Source of the DNA: a virus
Lineage: Duplodnaviria > Caudoviricetes
Direction: 5' to 3' (one strand)
Virus record (IMG/VR): IMGVR_UViG_3300034116_000748
Span: 1-41,194 of that record
Length of the DNA: 41,194 nt
Shown piece by piece: positions 34,005 through 41,194 of the stretch (the stretch's first letter is position 1; each line of letters begins with the position of its first letter). Under the pieces are notes generated by a model. The model ran no database searches. It saw only the letters and a program-made list of their open reading frames with translations, and was not told the origin of the DNA. Made by a program: the position numbers and the translations under genes.

Positions 34005-34445
34005 TCAGTCTTCGGTGCCGTCCAGGTCACCGGCTGCGAATTGTGGCTGAATACCCGACGAAATCGCCAGCGAAGCCGACAACGCACCCCGATACAGCAC
34101 CTTGCCCGTGCCGCTCGATGCCGTGCCAATCGCGAAGTATGTCGCCGTCTCGGAACCGCCCGTGCATTGCGGGAACTGCACAAGCGCAGCGTTGGTCACG
34201 GCGTTGCCCGACACCGTCCAGCCAGCGCCAGAGCGTGCGACAGCGACCCGCGCATAGCTCGTGTAAGCGCATTCGTTCGTGGTCTGGGTTCCAGCTTCGC
34301 CCGGGTCGGCCGTATGCAGCGACACATAGAGCGAGCCCGCCGTAGCTGACGGTTGCAGGCCCGATGCGTCACCAATGAGCGCCGCTGCGGTGTTGTTGAA
34401 GATCAGCAAAAGCAGATCGTTCTCGAAGGTATTGCCCTTGCTCAT
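34005..34445 (-). CDS. Virion structural protein (fibre-associated family)
   Basis: FENDLL...LYVSLHTADPGEAG...ECAYTSYARVAV...NAALVQFP...ATYFAI...LYRGAL...PQFAAGDL is a motif commonly found in fibre modules. Confidence 0.75.
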   Translation of the reverse strand: MSKGNTFENDLLLLIFNNTAAALIGDASGLQPSATAGSLYVSLHTADPGEAGTQTTNECAYTSYARVAVARSGAGWTVSGNAVTNAALVQFPQCTGGSETATYFAIGTASSGTGKVLYRGALSASLAISSGIQPQFAAGDLDGTED

Positions 34446-36574
34446 TATTCAATCCCTATCGGCTTGCCATCCGCACCACGGACGATTGACTTCGGCTTGC
34501 TCAGTGCCGCAGCCAGGGCTTGCAGGCCCATGCCTACGGCATCTCCGCTCTTGTCCGGCTTCTCGGTTTCCTTAGGCTTGGACGCCTCGCGTTGCGCGCG
34601 ATTGTCTTCAGCCATCGCCTGACGGTCGGCCATGCGCTCGGTCAGCGCAGAACGCTCGCGTTCCATCTCGACGTTCGCCGCCAGTTCCTGCTGCTTGAGC
34701 CCAAGCTCAGCCCGCTTGAGGTCCAGTTCGGCCAGCTTGAATTGCAGCTCCTGCTGCTTGATCTGTAGTTCCTGCGCCTTGATAGCCGTCTCGCCCTGCG
34801 CCTTGACCTGTTCAGCCGTCATCCGTTCGCGCTCTAGCTCAATGTTCGACTGCGCAAGCGCACCTTCGTTCTGCGCTTTCGCCATGTTCAGCGCGGCGGA
34901 GCTTTCCTTTGTCGCAATCTCGGCCATCGCAGCGCGTTCCTGCATCTGCGCTTGCTTCTGCGCCATCGCCTGCGCCTCGGGGCTTTGCTCGCCGCCGCCA
35001 GACAGCAGCTCCGTCATCTTCTTCTTGCGCTGCGCCGGCAGAGATGACGCCTCGATCAGCGCCAGCGCATAGGGCGGAGGCAGCGCGGCCAGTTGCGGCA
35101 TGATCTGCGCGAGCTGTTCGAACTCTTCGGACTGCAGCGTGACCGTGTCCGGTCCCGTCTCAAGGATCACGTCCACGTCCATCTGCGCCACGGCGTTCTG
35201 TACCATCGGCTGGCCCGTCATCGGGTCAACCTGCACCTGGTTCAGCCCGATGAATTGCGTCGCCTGCTCATCGTCCGTGATGCGCACCCACTTCGGGGCC
35301 TTCCAGAACTGTTTGATCCTGGCCCATGTCGCCCGGTAGACGCGCAGCTTGAAGTCATTGAATCGGTCATAGAGCGGCGCGAGTTCGGCAAGCCCTGCCT
35401 GCTGCTGGGCGATGATGGCGCGGCCGCTCTCGCCTTCCGTGCCTTTGCCCTGAAGCGCATTGTTGGGGCCGAGAAGGTCAATCTCTGCCTTGGCTTCCTG
35501 AAGCATGTTCAGGTTGCCGGTCGTTTCCTGCGCTGTGTCCAGCACCTGCACCGCTTGCGGGTCTACAACCTCGACCCACCCATCAGGACGCGCAATCTCG
35601 CGCTTGGCCTGCCCCACATCGGCAACGGCGCCTTGTTGCGCCATGACGCGGCGCGAGTGCAGGAAGTGGACGGCCTTGGACCGGCGATGGTTGATCTCGT
35701 CCTGCGGCCCTCGCATGTCGTGGACCACGCCGTAACGGGCGTTCTCGCGATCCACGTAGGCCGAGAACGCCTCGATTGGGCAGACCGTCTTGCCCTTCTC
35801 GTCGCGGTAATACGATGGGCCGTCCATGACGAGCGTGGAGCCGACAACCACCGCGTAATTGTGCTCCGCGCCCTGCTTGTAATAGAGCTGGCAGACCTGG
35901 ACCCTTCTCCTTTTGCGGTCGATCCACGTTCCGGACGACGGCTTGTCGTCAACGCTCTGGTCCGCAACGAAGGATTTCTCGCTGCCCGTGATGCCCGCCT
36001 CGATCTCCTTGCCCTTGTCGGGGTACAGCGCGATGGCGTCGTCAGCGTCCATCCACTTCAGCACGCCGAGATAGCGTGCATCGCTGAAATCATGGCGGCT
36101 GCTTCTGGGGTCGAAGATGAACTCATCCCACGGGATCAGGTTGACCCGAATGTCCTCGGGGCCATCCATGATAACCTCGCAGGCGCCCGCGCCTTCGATC
36201 ATGCCGCACTCAAAAGCGCCAGAGAATATGTTGTTCAGCCGCGTCTGGTCGGACACGAACCGCAGCGCCTGCGTTACGATGTCGGCGCTTTGCTCATCTC
36301 GAGGCGTGCGCGGATAGGCCTTGGGGTCAGTGCGCCTGTTGCGCTCCACGCCCAAAATGCTGTCCACTTTCCTCTTGATCCGATTGAAAACGATGGGCGG
36401 CTGACCGCGCTGCTTCAGCGTGGCGATCTCCTCACGCGTCCATTGCTTGCCGTCGTAGTAGTCGCGCGCCAGGGCCGAGCGGTCGCGGGCCTCTTCCATC
36501 GTGTCGAGATACTCGCGCACCATCTTCCGGATGCGCTCGGCGCCGTCCTCGCCCGCTTCGGGCTTAGGCGACAT
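34445..36574 (-). CDS. Portal protein (P22-like) with long C-terminal coiled coil
   Basis: RDYYDGKQW...RGQPPIVFNRIKRKVD...FDPRS...DFSDARY...YGVV...PQDEINHRRSK...SGRAIIAQQQAG. Start is ATG 36574 or TTG 36592. Confidence 0.92.
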   Translation of the reverse strand: MSPKPEAGEDGAERIRKMVREYLDTMEEARDRSALARDYYDGKQWTREEIATLKQRGQPPIVFNRIKRKVDSILGVERNRRTDPKAYPRTPRDEQSADIVTQALRFVSDQTRLNNIFSGAFECGMIEGAGACEVIMDGPEDIRVNLIPWDEFIFDPRSSRHDFSDARYLGVLKWMDADDAIALYPDKGKEIEAGITGSEKSFVADQSVDDKPSSGTWIDRKRRRVQVCQLYYKQGAEHNYAVVVGSTLVMDGPSYYRDEKGKTVCPIEAFSAYVDRENARYGVVHDMRGPQDEINHRRSKAVHFLHSRRVMAQQGAVADVGQAKREIARPDGWVEVVDPQAVQVLDTAQETTGNLNMLQEAKAEIDLLGPNNALQGKGTEGESGRAIIAQQQAGLAELAPLYDRFNDFKLRVYRATWARIKQFWKAPKWVRITDDEQATQFIGLNQVQVDPMTGQPMVQNAVAQMDVDVILETGPDTVTLQSEEFEQLAQIMPQLAALPPPYALALIEASSLPAQRKKKMTELLSGGGEQSPEAQAMAQKQAQMQERAAMAEIATKESSAALNMAKAQNEGALAQSNIELERERMTAEQVKAQGETAIKAQELQIKQQELQFKLAELDLKRAELGLKQQELAANVEMERERSALTERMADRQAMAEDNRAQREASKPKETEKPDKSGDAVGMGLQALAAALSKPKSIVRGADGKPIGIE

Positions 36575-36576
36575 GC

Positions 36577-37983
36577 TTACAATACTCGCCAATTGTCCGC
36601 CTTTGGTGGGGGTCTGTAGTCGCTTGGTCGTCCCGGTCCTGCGTCTGGTCTCGGTGCAATCCAAGGCCGCGACATGCAGGCATAACGCCATTCATCCGCA
36701 GCGTGGTCTTCTGCGTCAGTGTTCACGTCTTCCGGCCTGGTCGTGTCGTGAGGCAGGGACGGGATCGTCCGAATTGAGTCCTTGCAGGTCGAGAACGTGT
36801 AAATCATCGGCCTGCCGCCATGCCCAACGAGCCGTTGGCGCATCTCGTCCCAGCCGCCCATCATGCCATTGCGGCCGACACGCTTGTTATCGGCAGACTT
36901 GAACGCCACGCCGTTACGTCTCAGCACCTCGGCGCGGCTCGGGCCACCATCCTCGGCAAAGATGGCCGGGTCAGCGACACAGCCGACGTATCGCTTGCCC
37001 TTGGATCGCTCGAGGATGCCAGCGGCAACCTGCTCAATGGTGAGCTTCAGGCCCTTGTTTGGCCCTCGGGCGCCGTACCATTCGTTGAACCTGACCAGCG
37101 CACCGCGCGGGATGACACCCTCGGGCCGGTGCAGGTCGTCGCTGGCGACAGCCCAGAAGCCACAACTGAACGGGCTGGCGCTTCCCCAATCGAATGAGCG
37201 GAAGCAATGCCATTCGGCCGGCACCTCGAAAGGGCTGACAACGTGTTGCGGTCCCCAGCAATCGAAGAACGCGCCCTCAATGGCGTTCCAATCGCCATCC
37301 AGCCAGGCGCGGACCAGTTCTTTCGAGCCGACCAGATACAATCGGTTGACGTAATCAGGATCCTTGCTCAGCAGAGCCCGGTTCTGCGTCACCCGGCTTG
37401 GGATGTAGCAGCGTGTATGTTCCGCCCCGTTGGGCAGCTTGTCCCTGAATATCCGCATTCCCTGCGGACACTCGTCGATGTGAAACCGTGGCCTGATCCA
37501 CGAAGCGCCAGCGCCGCCCGGGTTGGCAGTCAGCAGCATCTGCACGTTAGCGCCCCTCAGAGCGCCCCAGAGGCGGTCGATGGGGTCAGGCGTCGGATAG
37601 TTGCCCGCTTCCTCAATCACCGCGTCGGTAAGGTTCTGGCCCTGATACTTGGCCGCGTCGTCGATGCTTTCGAGCGGGCGAAACCTTAGCCTGCCCCCAT
37701 CGGGGAAGCTCCACTGGCTCTGCACCTTATTGAACCGCGCGCCGAGCGGCCCGTAAACGGCCTGGCTGCGTTCGATCAAGTCATCCGCCTGCGGCATCTC
37801 TTGCCGGAAGATCACGCCGTTATAGTTGGCGCCCATGATCTTCTGGCGCAGGCCGATCCGGCCGACAATGCCGTCAGTCTTGCCGCCGCCGCGCGCCCCG
37901 CCGAAGAGGATTTCCCGCGCAGGGCATTTAATGAGCGCGTGCTGTGGACCCGGCTGCGGCGCCCAGAGCGTTCGCGTCTCCAA
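36577..37983 (-). CDS. terL: Terminase large subunit
   Basis: PQPGPQ, Walker A FGGARGGGKT, Walker B VIEEAG, TANPGG, nuclease FDWG...ADPA...EDHAADEWRY. Confidence 0.95.
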   Translation of the reverse strand: METRTLWAPQPGPQHALIKCPAREILFGGARGGGKTDGIVGRIGLRQKIMGANYNGVIFRQEMPQADDLIERSQAVYGPLGARFNKVQSQWSFPDGGRLRFRPLESIDDAAKYQGQNLTDAVIEEAGNYPTPDPIDRLWGALRGANVQMLLTANPGGAGASWIRPRFHIDECPQGMRIFRDKLPNGAEHTRCYIPSRVTQNRALLSKDPDYVNRLYLVGSKELVRAWLDGDWNAIEGAFFDCWGPQHVVSPFEVPAEWHCFRSFDWGSASPFSCGFWAVASDDLHRPEGVIPRGALVRFNEWYGARGPNKGLKLTIEQVAAGILERSKGKRYVGCVADPAIFAEDGGPSRAEVLRRNGVAFKSADNKRVGRNGMMGGWDEMRQRLVGHGGRPMIYTFSTCKDSIRTIPSLPHDTTRPEDVNTDAEDHAADEWRYACMSRPWIAPRPDAGPGRPSDYRPPPKADNWRVL

Positions 37984-38389
37984 ACTCTCGCTCCCATTCC
38001 TCGGCCGGCAAGGGATCTGCGGACAGGTTGTAATTGACGTTCTCAGCCTGAACGCGGCTCATATCGACAATGCGGCCGGTCAGCTTGGCAATGTCCATGA
38101 GCGCCTGGCGCGCGTTGGTTCTGTCGTCTGCGCCTATTGAGGCTTTCCAGACATTCAGCAGCTCGGTTGCGAGGAAGTCCGTTGTGATTTCGAACTTTCT
38201 GGCGATGGGTTCGCGCATCTCCGCGATGCGTGCCTGTATCTTAACAGTGCTTAACAACCGCGAGGCTGCGGCGTCTGTCGCGTTTTCATTGCTCGGCTTG
38301 TATCCAGCTTCAAGGTAAGCCTCGCGCTGGCTCATGCCTTTGACGATAGCGCGGCAGAAGCGCTCTTGCTGGTCGCTCAGATCGCTCAC
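37928..38389 (-). CDS. terS: Terminase small subunit
   Basis: LSDQQERFCRAIVKGMSQREAYLEAGY...AASRLLSTVKIQARIAE. GTGA-coupled start at 38389. Confidence 0.88.
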   Translation of the reverse strand: MSDLSDQQERFCRAIVKGMSQREAYLEAGYKPSNENATDAAASRLLSTVKIQARIAEMREPIARKFEITTDFLATELLNVWKASIGADDRTNARQALMDIAKLTGRIVDMSRVQAENVNYNLSADPLPAEEWEREFGDANALGAAAGSTARAH

Positions 38390-38760
38390 GACGCGTATGT
38401 CCAACCATAGTCCGAACGCCAGTTCCCGTTGACCTCAAGGAAGCGCAGCTTTTCAATGCGGATGCGCCCGTCCGAAAACGTCACGGTTATGTCGGTATCT
38501 CCATAGCCCATGCCCAGGCCATTCGTGGTGAGCGTGATTTGCCCGCCTGAAACTGAGACGCTGCCGGCGATGTTGTTGTCAGCGACAGCGGCTGTGATGG
38601 TTGCGCCGTTGAGGACATCCGTAAAGTCGAGCGTGGTCTTCGCTGTCTCGTCCTCTCGTTGCTGCAAGACGAACCTCCCAACACGATGGTCTTTAGTAAC
38701 GCCGCGCAAGATCTCGCGGTTGTTCTCGCGGTATCGAATAGTTGGGTGCGGGTAGGCCAT
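38386..38760 (-). CDS. Small Ig-like virion accessory/adaptor protein
   Basis: QREDETAKTTLDFTDVL...ITVTFSDGRIRIE resembles KDPDxxLDYxxDW fibre-adaptor proteins. GAGG RBS. Confidence 0.55.
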   Translation of the reverse strand: MAYPHPTIRYRENNREILRGVTKDHRVGRFVLQQREDETAKTTLDFTDVLNGATITAAVADNNIAGSVSVSGGQITLTTNGLGMGYGDTDITVTFSDGRIRIEKLRFLEVNGNWRSDYGWTYAS

Positions 38761-38960
38761 TACTTGCCTTCCTCTGCGTCACTTCACGAACTGTTGATTT
38801 GTAGACAGCCATGTAACTTGAAGCGGTAACGTATCCCGCAACAGGCGAATGCGTATGTTTGGGACATGCGCTGTGAAGCGCTGTGATGTTTGACAATCAA
38901 TCGGGGCTGGCACGGCAGCAACCGTGTTCTCCAGCCCCTAACGGGAAAAGGACACCCGCT

Positions 38961-39428
38961 ATGACCAAATATACCGCAGAAAAGCCTTTTGAACAGCAAG
39001 CCTGCCTTGCGTTCGTTGGACTTTCAGTTGTCACCGCCACTTTGGGATTTTGGTCCCGAGGCTGGCTCCCCGGAACACTGCTCACCGTCGCAATGGTGGT
39101 GATTGTGTTCTTGCTGTCCCGCGCTGTGGAGCGTGTGATGGAGGCTTGGGAAACAAAGAACTACGCCACGGCGACTATCGCCGCAGTCCTCGGCGTAGGT
39201 TTCGGCTGCATCGAGGCCGGGCTTAACCACGTAGGCCTGGAACACCTCAACGCAGAATACGCCTTGGCCCCTGATTGGGCTCTGTGGCCCGCCTGCTTCT
39301 TCATCTCGCTGGTCAACGTGTTCGCCAGCTTCGGTTTCGCAAGAGCCATGAAGGATCACAGGCAACAGGCGCCGGTAATCAACCCGGCCCGTCTACTCGC
39401 TGAGAAGCGCTGGAACAAAGTGGCCTAG
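38961..39428 (+). CDS. Moron-like four-TM membrane protein
   Basis: Opposite strand to the late operon, with its own AAGGA RBS, leader hairpin and terminator. Four hydrophobic segments. Confidence 0.75.
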   Translation: MTKYTAEKPFEQQACLAFVGLSVVTATLGFWSRGWLPGTLLTVAMVVIVFLLSRAVERVMEAWETKNYATATIAAVLGVGFGCIEAGLNHVGLEHLNAEYALAPDWALWPACFFISLVNVFASFGFARAMKDHRQQAPVINPARLLAEKRWNKVA

Positions 39429-39898
39429 AACGAAGAACCCTCGCCCTCACCGGCGGGGGTTTTTTCGTATCCGACCCACTCGGACCGCTCTTTCAGCAGG
39501 TTCAGCGAATACCGCCTCTTGGCCTTTCGTCGGACGTCTTCCCGGACAATCGGCCTGTCGCTAAGAACCAGATGAAACGTAGCAAAGCCGTCATTTGGAC
39601 AGTCAGCCATGAACCAGACGTACACGTGACGCCGGCGCGCTGCGGCCAGGCGAAAGCCCATCTGCCCGACAGCCTCGTCGCGCTCGGCTTCGTAGGCGCA
39701 GCGTTGGTAGATGCGTTGCAGCTCGCTGGTTCCGCTGTCATCGGGTGCGGTGAGCGAAACAACGATGAAATCAAGGGTTGCGACGGTTTCGGGATCGGGT
39801 GACCAGCGCGCGGTTTCGATCTGCGTGACCATGTCGCGGGTTGGTAAAATCAAAGGGCGGCCCCCTAAAGAGCCGCCCCCCAGCGGATTGGCCGCCAC
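39425..39898 (-). CDS. Hypothetical protein, first gene of late transcript
   Basis: 157 aa ORF filling the space between the late control region and the moron. Start uncertain. Confidence 0.6.
   Translation of the reverse strand: MAANPLGGGSLGGRPLILPTRDMVTQIETARWSPDPETVATLDFIVVSLTAPDDSGTSELQRIYQRCAYEAERDEAVGQMGFRLAAARRRHVYVWFMADCPNDGFATFHLVLSDRPIVREDVRRKAKRRYSLNLLKERSEWVGYEKTPAGEGEGSSF
39436..39465 (+). terminator. Intrinsic terminator of moron
   Basis: ACCCTCGCC-ctcacc-GGCGGGGGT-TTTTT, 7 nt after the stop codon. Confidence 0.75.
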
Positions 39899-39935
39899 CT
39901 AAAGGGCGCCCGGTGTCGGCGTCGCGCTGTAACGG

Positions 39936-39966
39936 AAAATGGCGGCTCCACACAGGAACCGCCACT
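39936..39966 (-). terminator. tR'-like terminator downstream of late promoter
   Basis: Minus strand AGTGGCGGTTCC-tgtgt-GGAGCCGCCATT-TT. Confidence 0.6.
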
Positions 39967-40037
39967 CTGAATTTACCAAATAAAGCGATTTGTAGGCGTT
40001 GTAAATCGCAACTAGCAAATATGGCAGAACTGGCAGA
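39967..40037 (-). promoter_or_regulatory. Putative late promoter
   Basis: AT-rich region directly after the Q-like gene, with TTTACA and TATTTG/TAAATT elements and inverted repeat GCGATTT/AAATCGC (39985-40009). Confidence 0.5.
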
Positions 40038-40577
40038 TCACGCCGCCTCTCGCTTGAACATGCCGAGATGGTCCGCAAGAGCCGTAAGCCCTACCGCCAG
40101 CACGTCAAGCGAGCGCGGCGGCGATCCGTGCATGACCCTTTCGACTTCCTTCAGTGACCGGGCCGAATAGCGCCGGATCGCTGTCACCACCTCGAGGTAT
40201 TCGGCCACGGCGGCCTGCGCCTGGTCCAGCGTCATGCCGCCTTCGCCCGAACCCTGCACGTAATCGCGGAGCTGGCCGGCCGTCACCCGGGGCGCGCGGA
40301 TGGCGACGACATACCGGGCATAGACGGTTCGGGCGTAGCGGCCCGCGTGGTACTGTTCTTCGGTCAGTCGGGCGGCCACCCTATCGACCGGACAGACTTC
40401 CTCACGGGCGAGCCTGTAATCGCCAAACAGGGCCTGTCTGCGGGCGATGGTTTCGGGCGTTGGTTCGACCGTCTCGCCGCGCGGTGTTTTCCGGCGTTCA
40501 ATTTCCGCCTCGGTCGGGCGCAGGCCCCCTGACGGGTAGCGTGCGCCTGCTTTGCGTGGTCGCCCCAATCGCCCCAT
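40038..40577 (-). CDS. Late-gene regulator, DUF6456 (Q/GafZ-like antiterminator)
   Basis: GRPRKxGxRYPSG N-terminus, LTEEQYHAGRY, C-terminal LAVGLTALADHLG, at the lambda Q position. Confidence 0.72.
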   Translation of the reverse strand: MGRLGRPRKAGARYPSGGLRPTEAEIERRKTPRGETVEPTPETIARRQALFGDYRLAREEVCPVDRVAARLTEEQYHAGRYARTVYARYVVAIRAPRVTAGQLRDYVQGSGEGGMTLDQAQAAVAEYLEVVTAIRRYSARSLKEVERVMHGSPPRSLDVLAVGLTALADHLGMFKREAA

Positions 40578-40581
40578 TGGA

Positions 40582-40863
40582 TTACTCCGCTGAACCGTTG
40601 GTGAGGGTCGCCTCGACGAACGTCACGCCATCAAGGAAGGATACGGGCGTCACAACTTCCGGTGCGTCCTTGATCAATACCATCGCCTCGTCGGCGCGGG
40701 ACAGGCGATCCTGCGCTGCGAGGTATGCGTCAGAAGCGGACGTATATGCGCGGTTTGCTGTGATCTGGTCGGCGCGTGCTTCCATCTGTGCGGCGAAGGC
40801 GTGTCGCACTGCGGCGCTGGCTTCCTTGAATTCGTTCAGGGCGATCTTGTAGGCGTCGGTCAT
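40582..40863 (-). CDS. Hypothetical coiled-coil protein
   Basis: 93 aa with an AAGGAG RBS. Confidence 0.7.
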   Translation of the reverse strand: MTDAYKIALNEFKEASAAVRHAFAAQMEARADQITANRAYTSASDAYLAAQDRLSRADEAMVLIKDAPEVVTPVSFLDGVTFVEATLTNGSAE

Positions 40864-40881
40864 AGGTAGCTCCTTGGGTTG

Positions 40882-41184
40882 TTAGGACAGTCGCCGGGAG
40901 ACATCCCCGGTGACGTAGGACCGCTTGCGCTTTGTTTCGGGCGGTCGGGGTACGCTGGTTACATTCTGTTTTGGCTGCTGACGGCCTTTGACGGCGTAGG
41001 CGTTGCAGCGGTCCTGGTAGGTGTCGCGAGGCGTGCGCCAGTTAGGCGATGTCTCGGATAGGCACATCGGGCGCGGATGGATGCGCAGGAAAGCGCAGCC
41101 CTCGCATGTCTGGCGGGTGACGAGCTGGGCGGCTTGGGAAGCAGCCTGCTTCACGTCGTGGGTTTGGTTGCGGCGCGTGGTCAT
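40882..41184 (-). CDS. Small Cys4 (Zn-binding?) protein
   Basis: CEGC...MC...RC, ATGA-coupled to 117..680 through the terminal overlap. Confidence 0.65.
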   Translation of the reverse strand: MTTRRNQTHDVKQAASQAAQLVTRQTCEGCAFLRIHPRPMCLSETSPNWRTPRDTYQDRCNAYAVKGRQQPKQNVTSVPRPPETKRKRSYVTGDVSRRLS

Positions 41185-41194
41185 TCTGCCCAGC
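41069..41194. repeat. Terminal direct repeat, copy 2
   Basis: Identical to 5-130. The ATGA overlap between ORFs 117..680 and 40882..41184 lies inside the repeat, so gene order is continuous across the join. Confidence 0.95.

Noticed and set aside
34500-35000. Repetitive CAG/GAG-rich DNA at the portal 3' end
   Set aside because: Explained by the Q/E/L/K coiled-coil barrel normal for P22-like portals.
35093-36619. 508-aa plus-strand ORF
   Set aside because: Antisense shadow of the portal gene caused by high-GC codon bias, with no recognisable motifs. The same applies to most other antisense ORFs in the track.
38241-38254. TTAA-N6-TTAA as a CtrA site
   Set aside because: The spacing is 6 rather than 7, and it lies inside coding sequence.
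1-41194. CRISPR array, tRNA, DGR/retron, IS element
   Set aside because: No regularly spaced repeats, cloverleaf, reverse-transcriptase YxDD protein, TR/VR pair or transposase recognised by eye.

Overview
This window looks like a complete, circularly assembled genome (about 41,064 bp unique) of a GC-rich, P22-like podovirus, probably infecting an alphaproteobacterium. Bases 5-130 are repeated exactly at 41069-41194. The minus strand carries a lambdoid early arm (Cro-like, DUF1376 initiator, loader-like), then a separately promoted DnaA-CTD / VRR-NUC / DUF6456 (Q/GafZ-like) block. The late operon follows: terminases, P22-type portal, an unusual six-gene structural insert, scaffold, N4-gp56/DUF4043-type capsid, gp4/gp10-like tail, three ejection proteins, tailspike, second fibre, and lysis genes with a GH24 endolysin and spanins. 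The plus strand (4081-11686) carries ERF, HNH, many small early genes and a lower-GC IbrB(ParB)-X-IbrA(PAPS reductase/DUF3440) cassette. I found no integrase, CI repressor, tRNA, CRISPR array or reverse transcriptase. The best leads are the IbrAB cassette apparently swapped into another modification gene, the portal-scaffold fibre-like module, several structured non-coding elements (scaffold leader, OOP-like antisense RNA, pR'/tR'-like late switch, CtrA-like box) and an endolysin fused to a holin-like domain. All family calls come from motif recognition by eye; no database searches were run.
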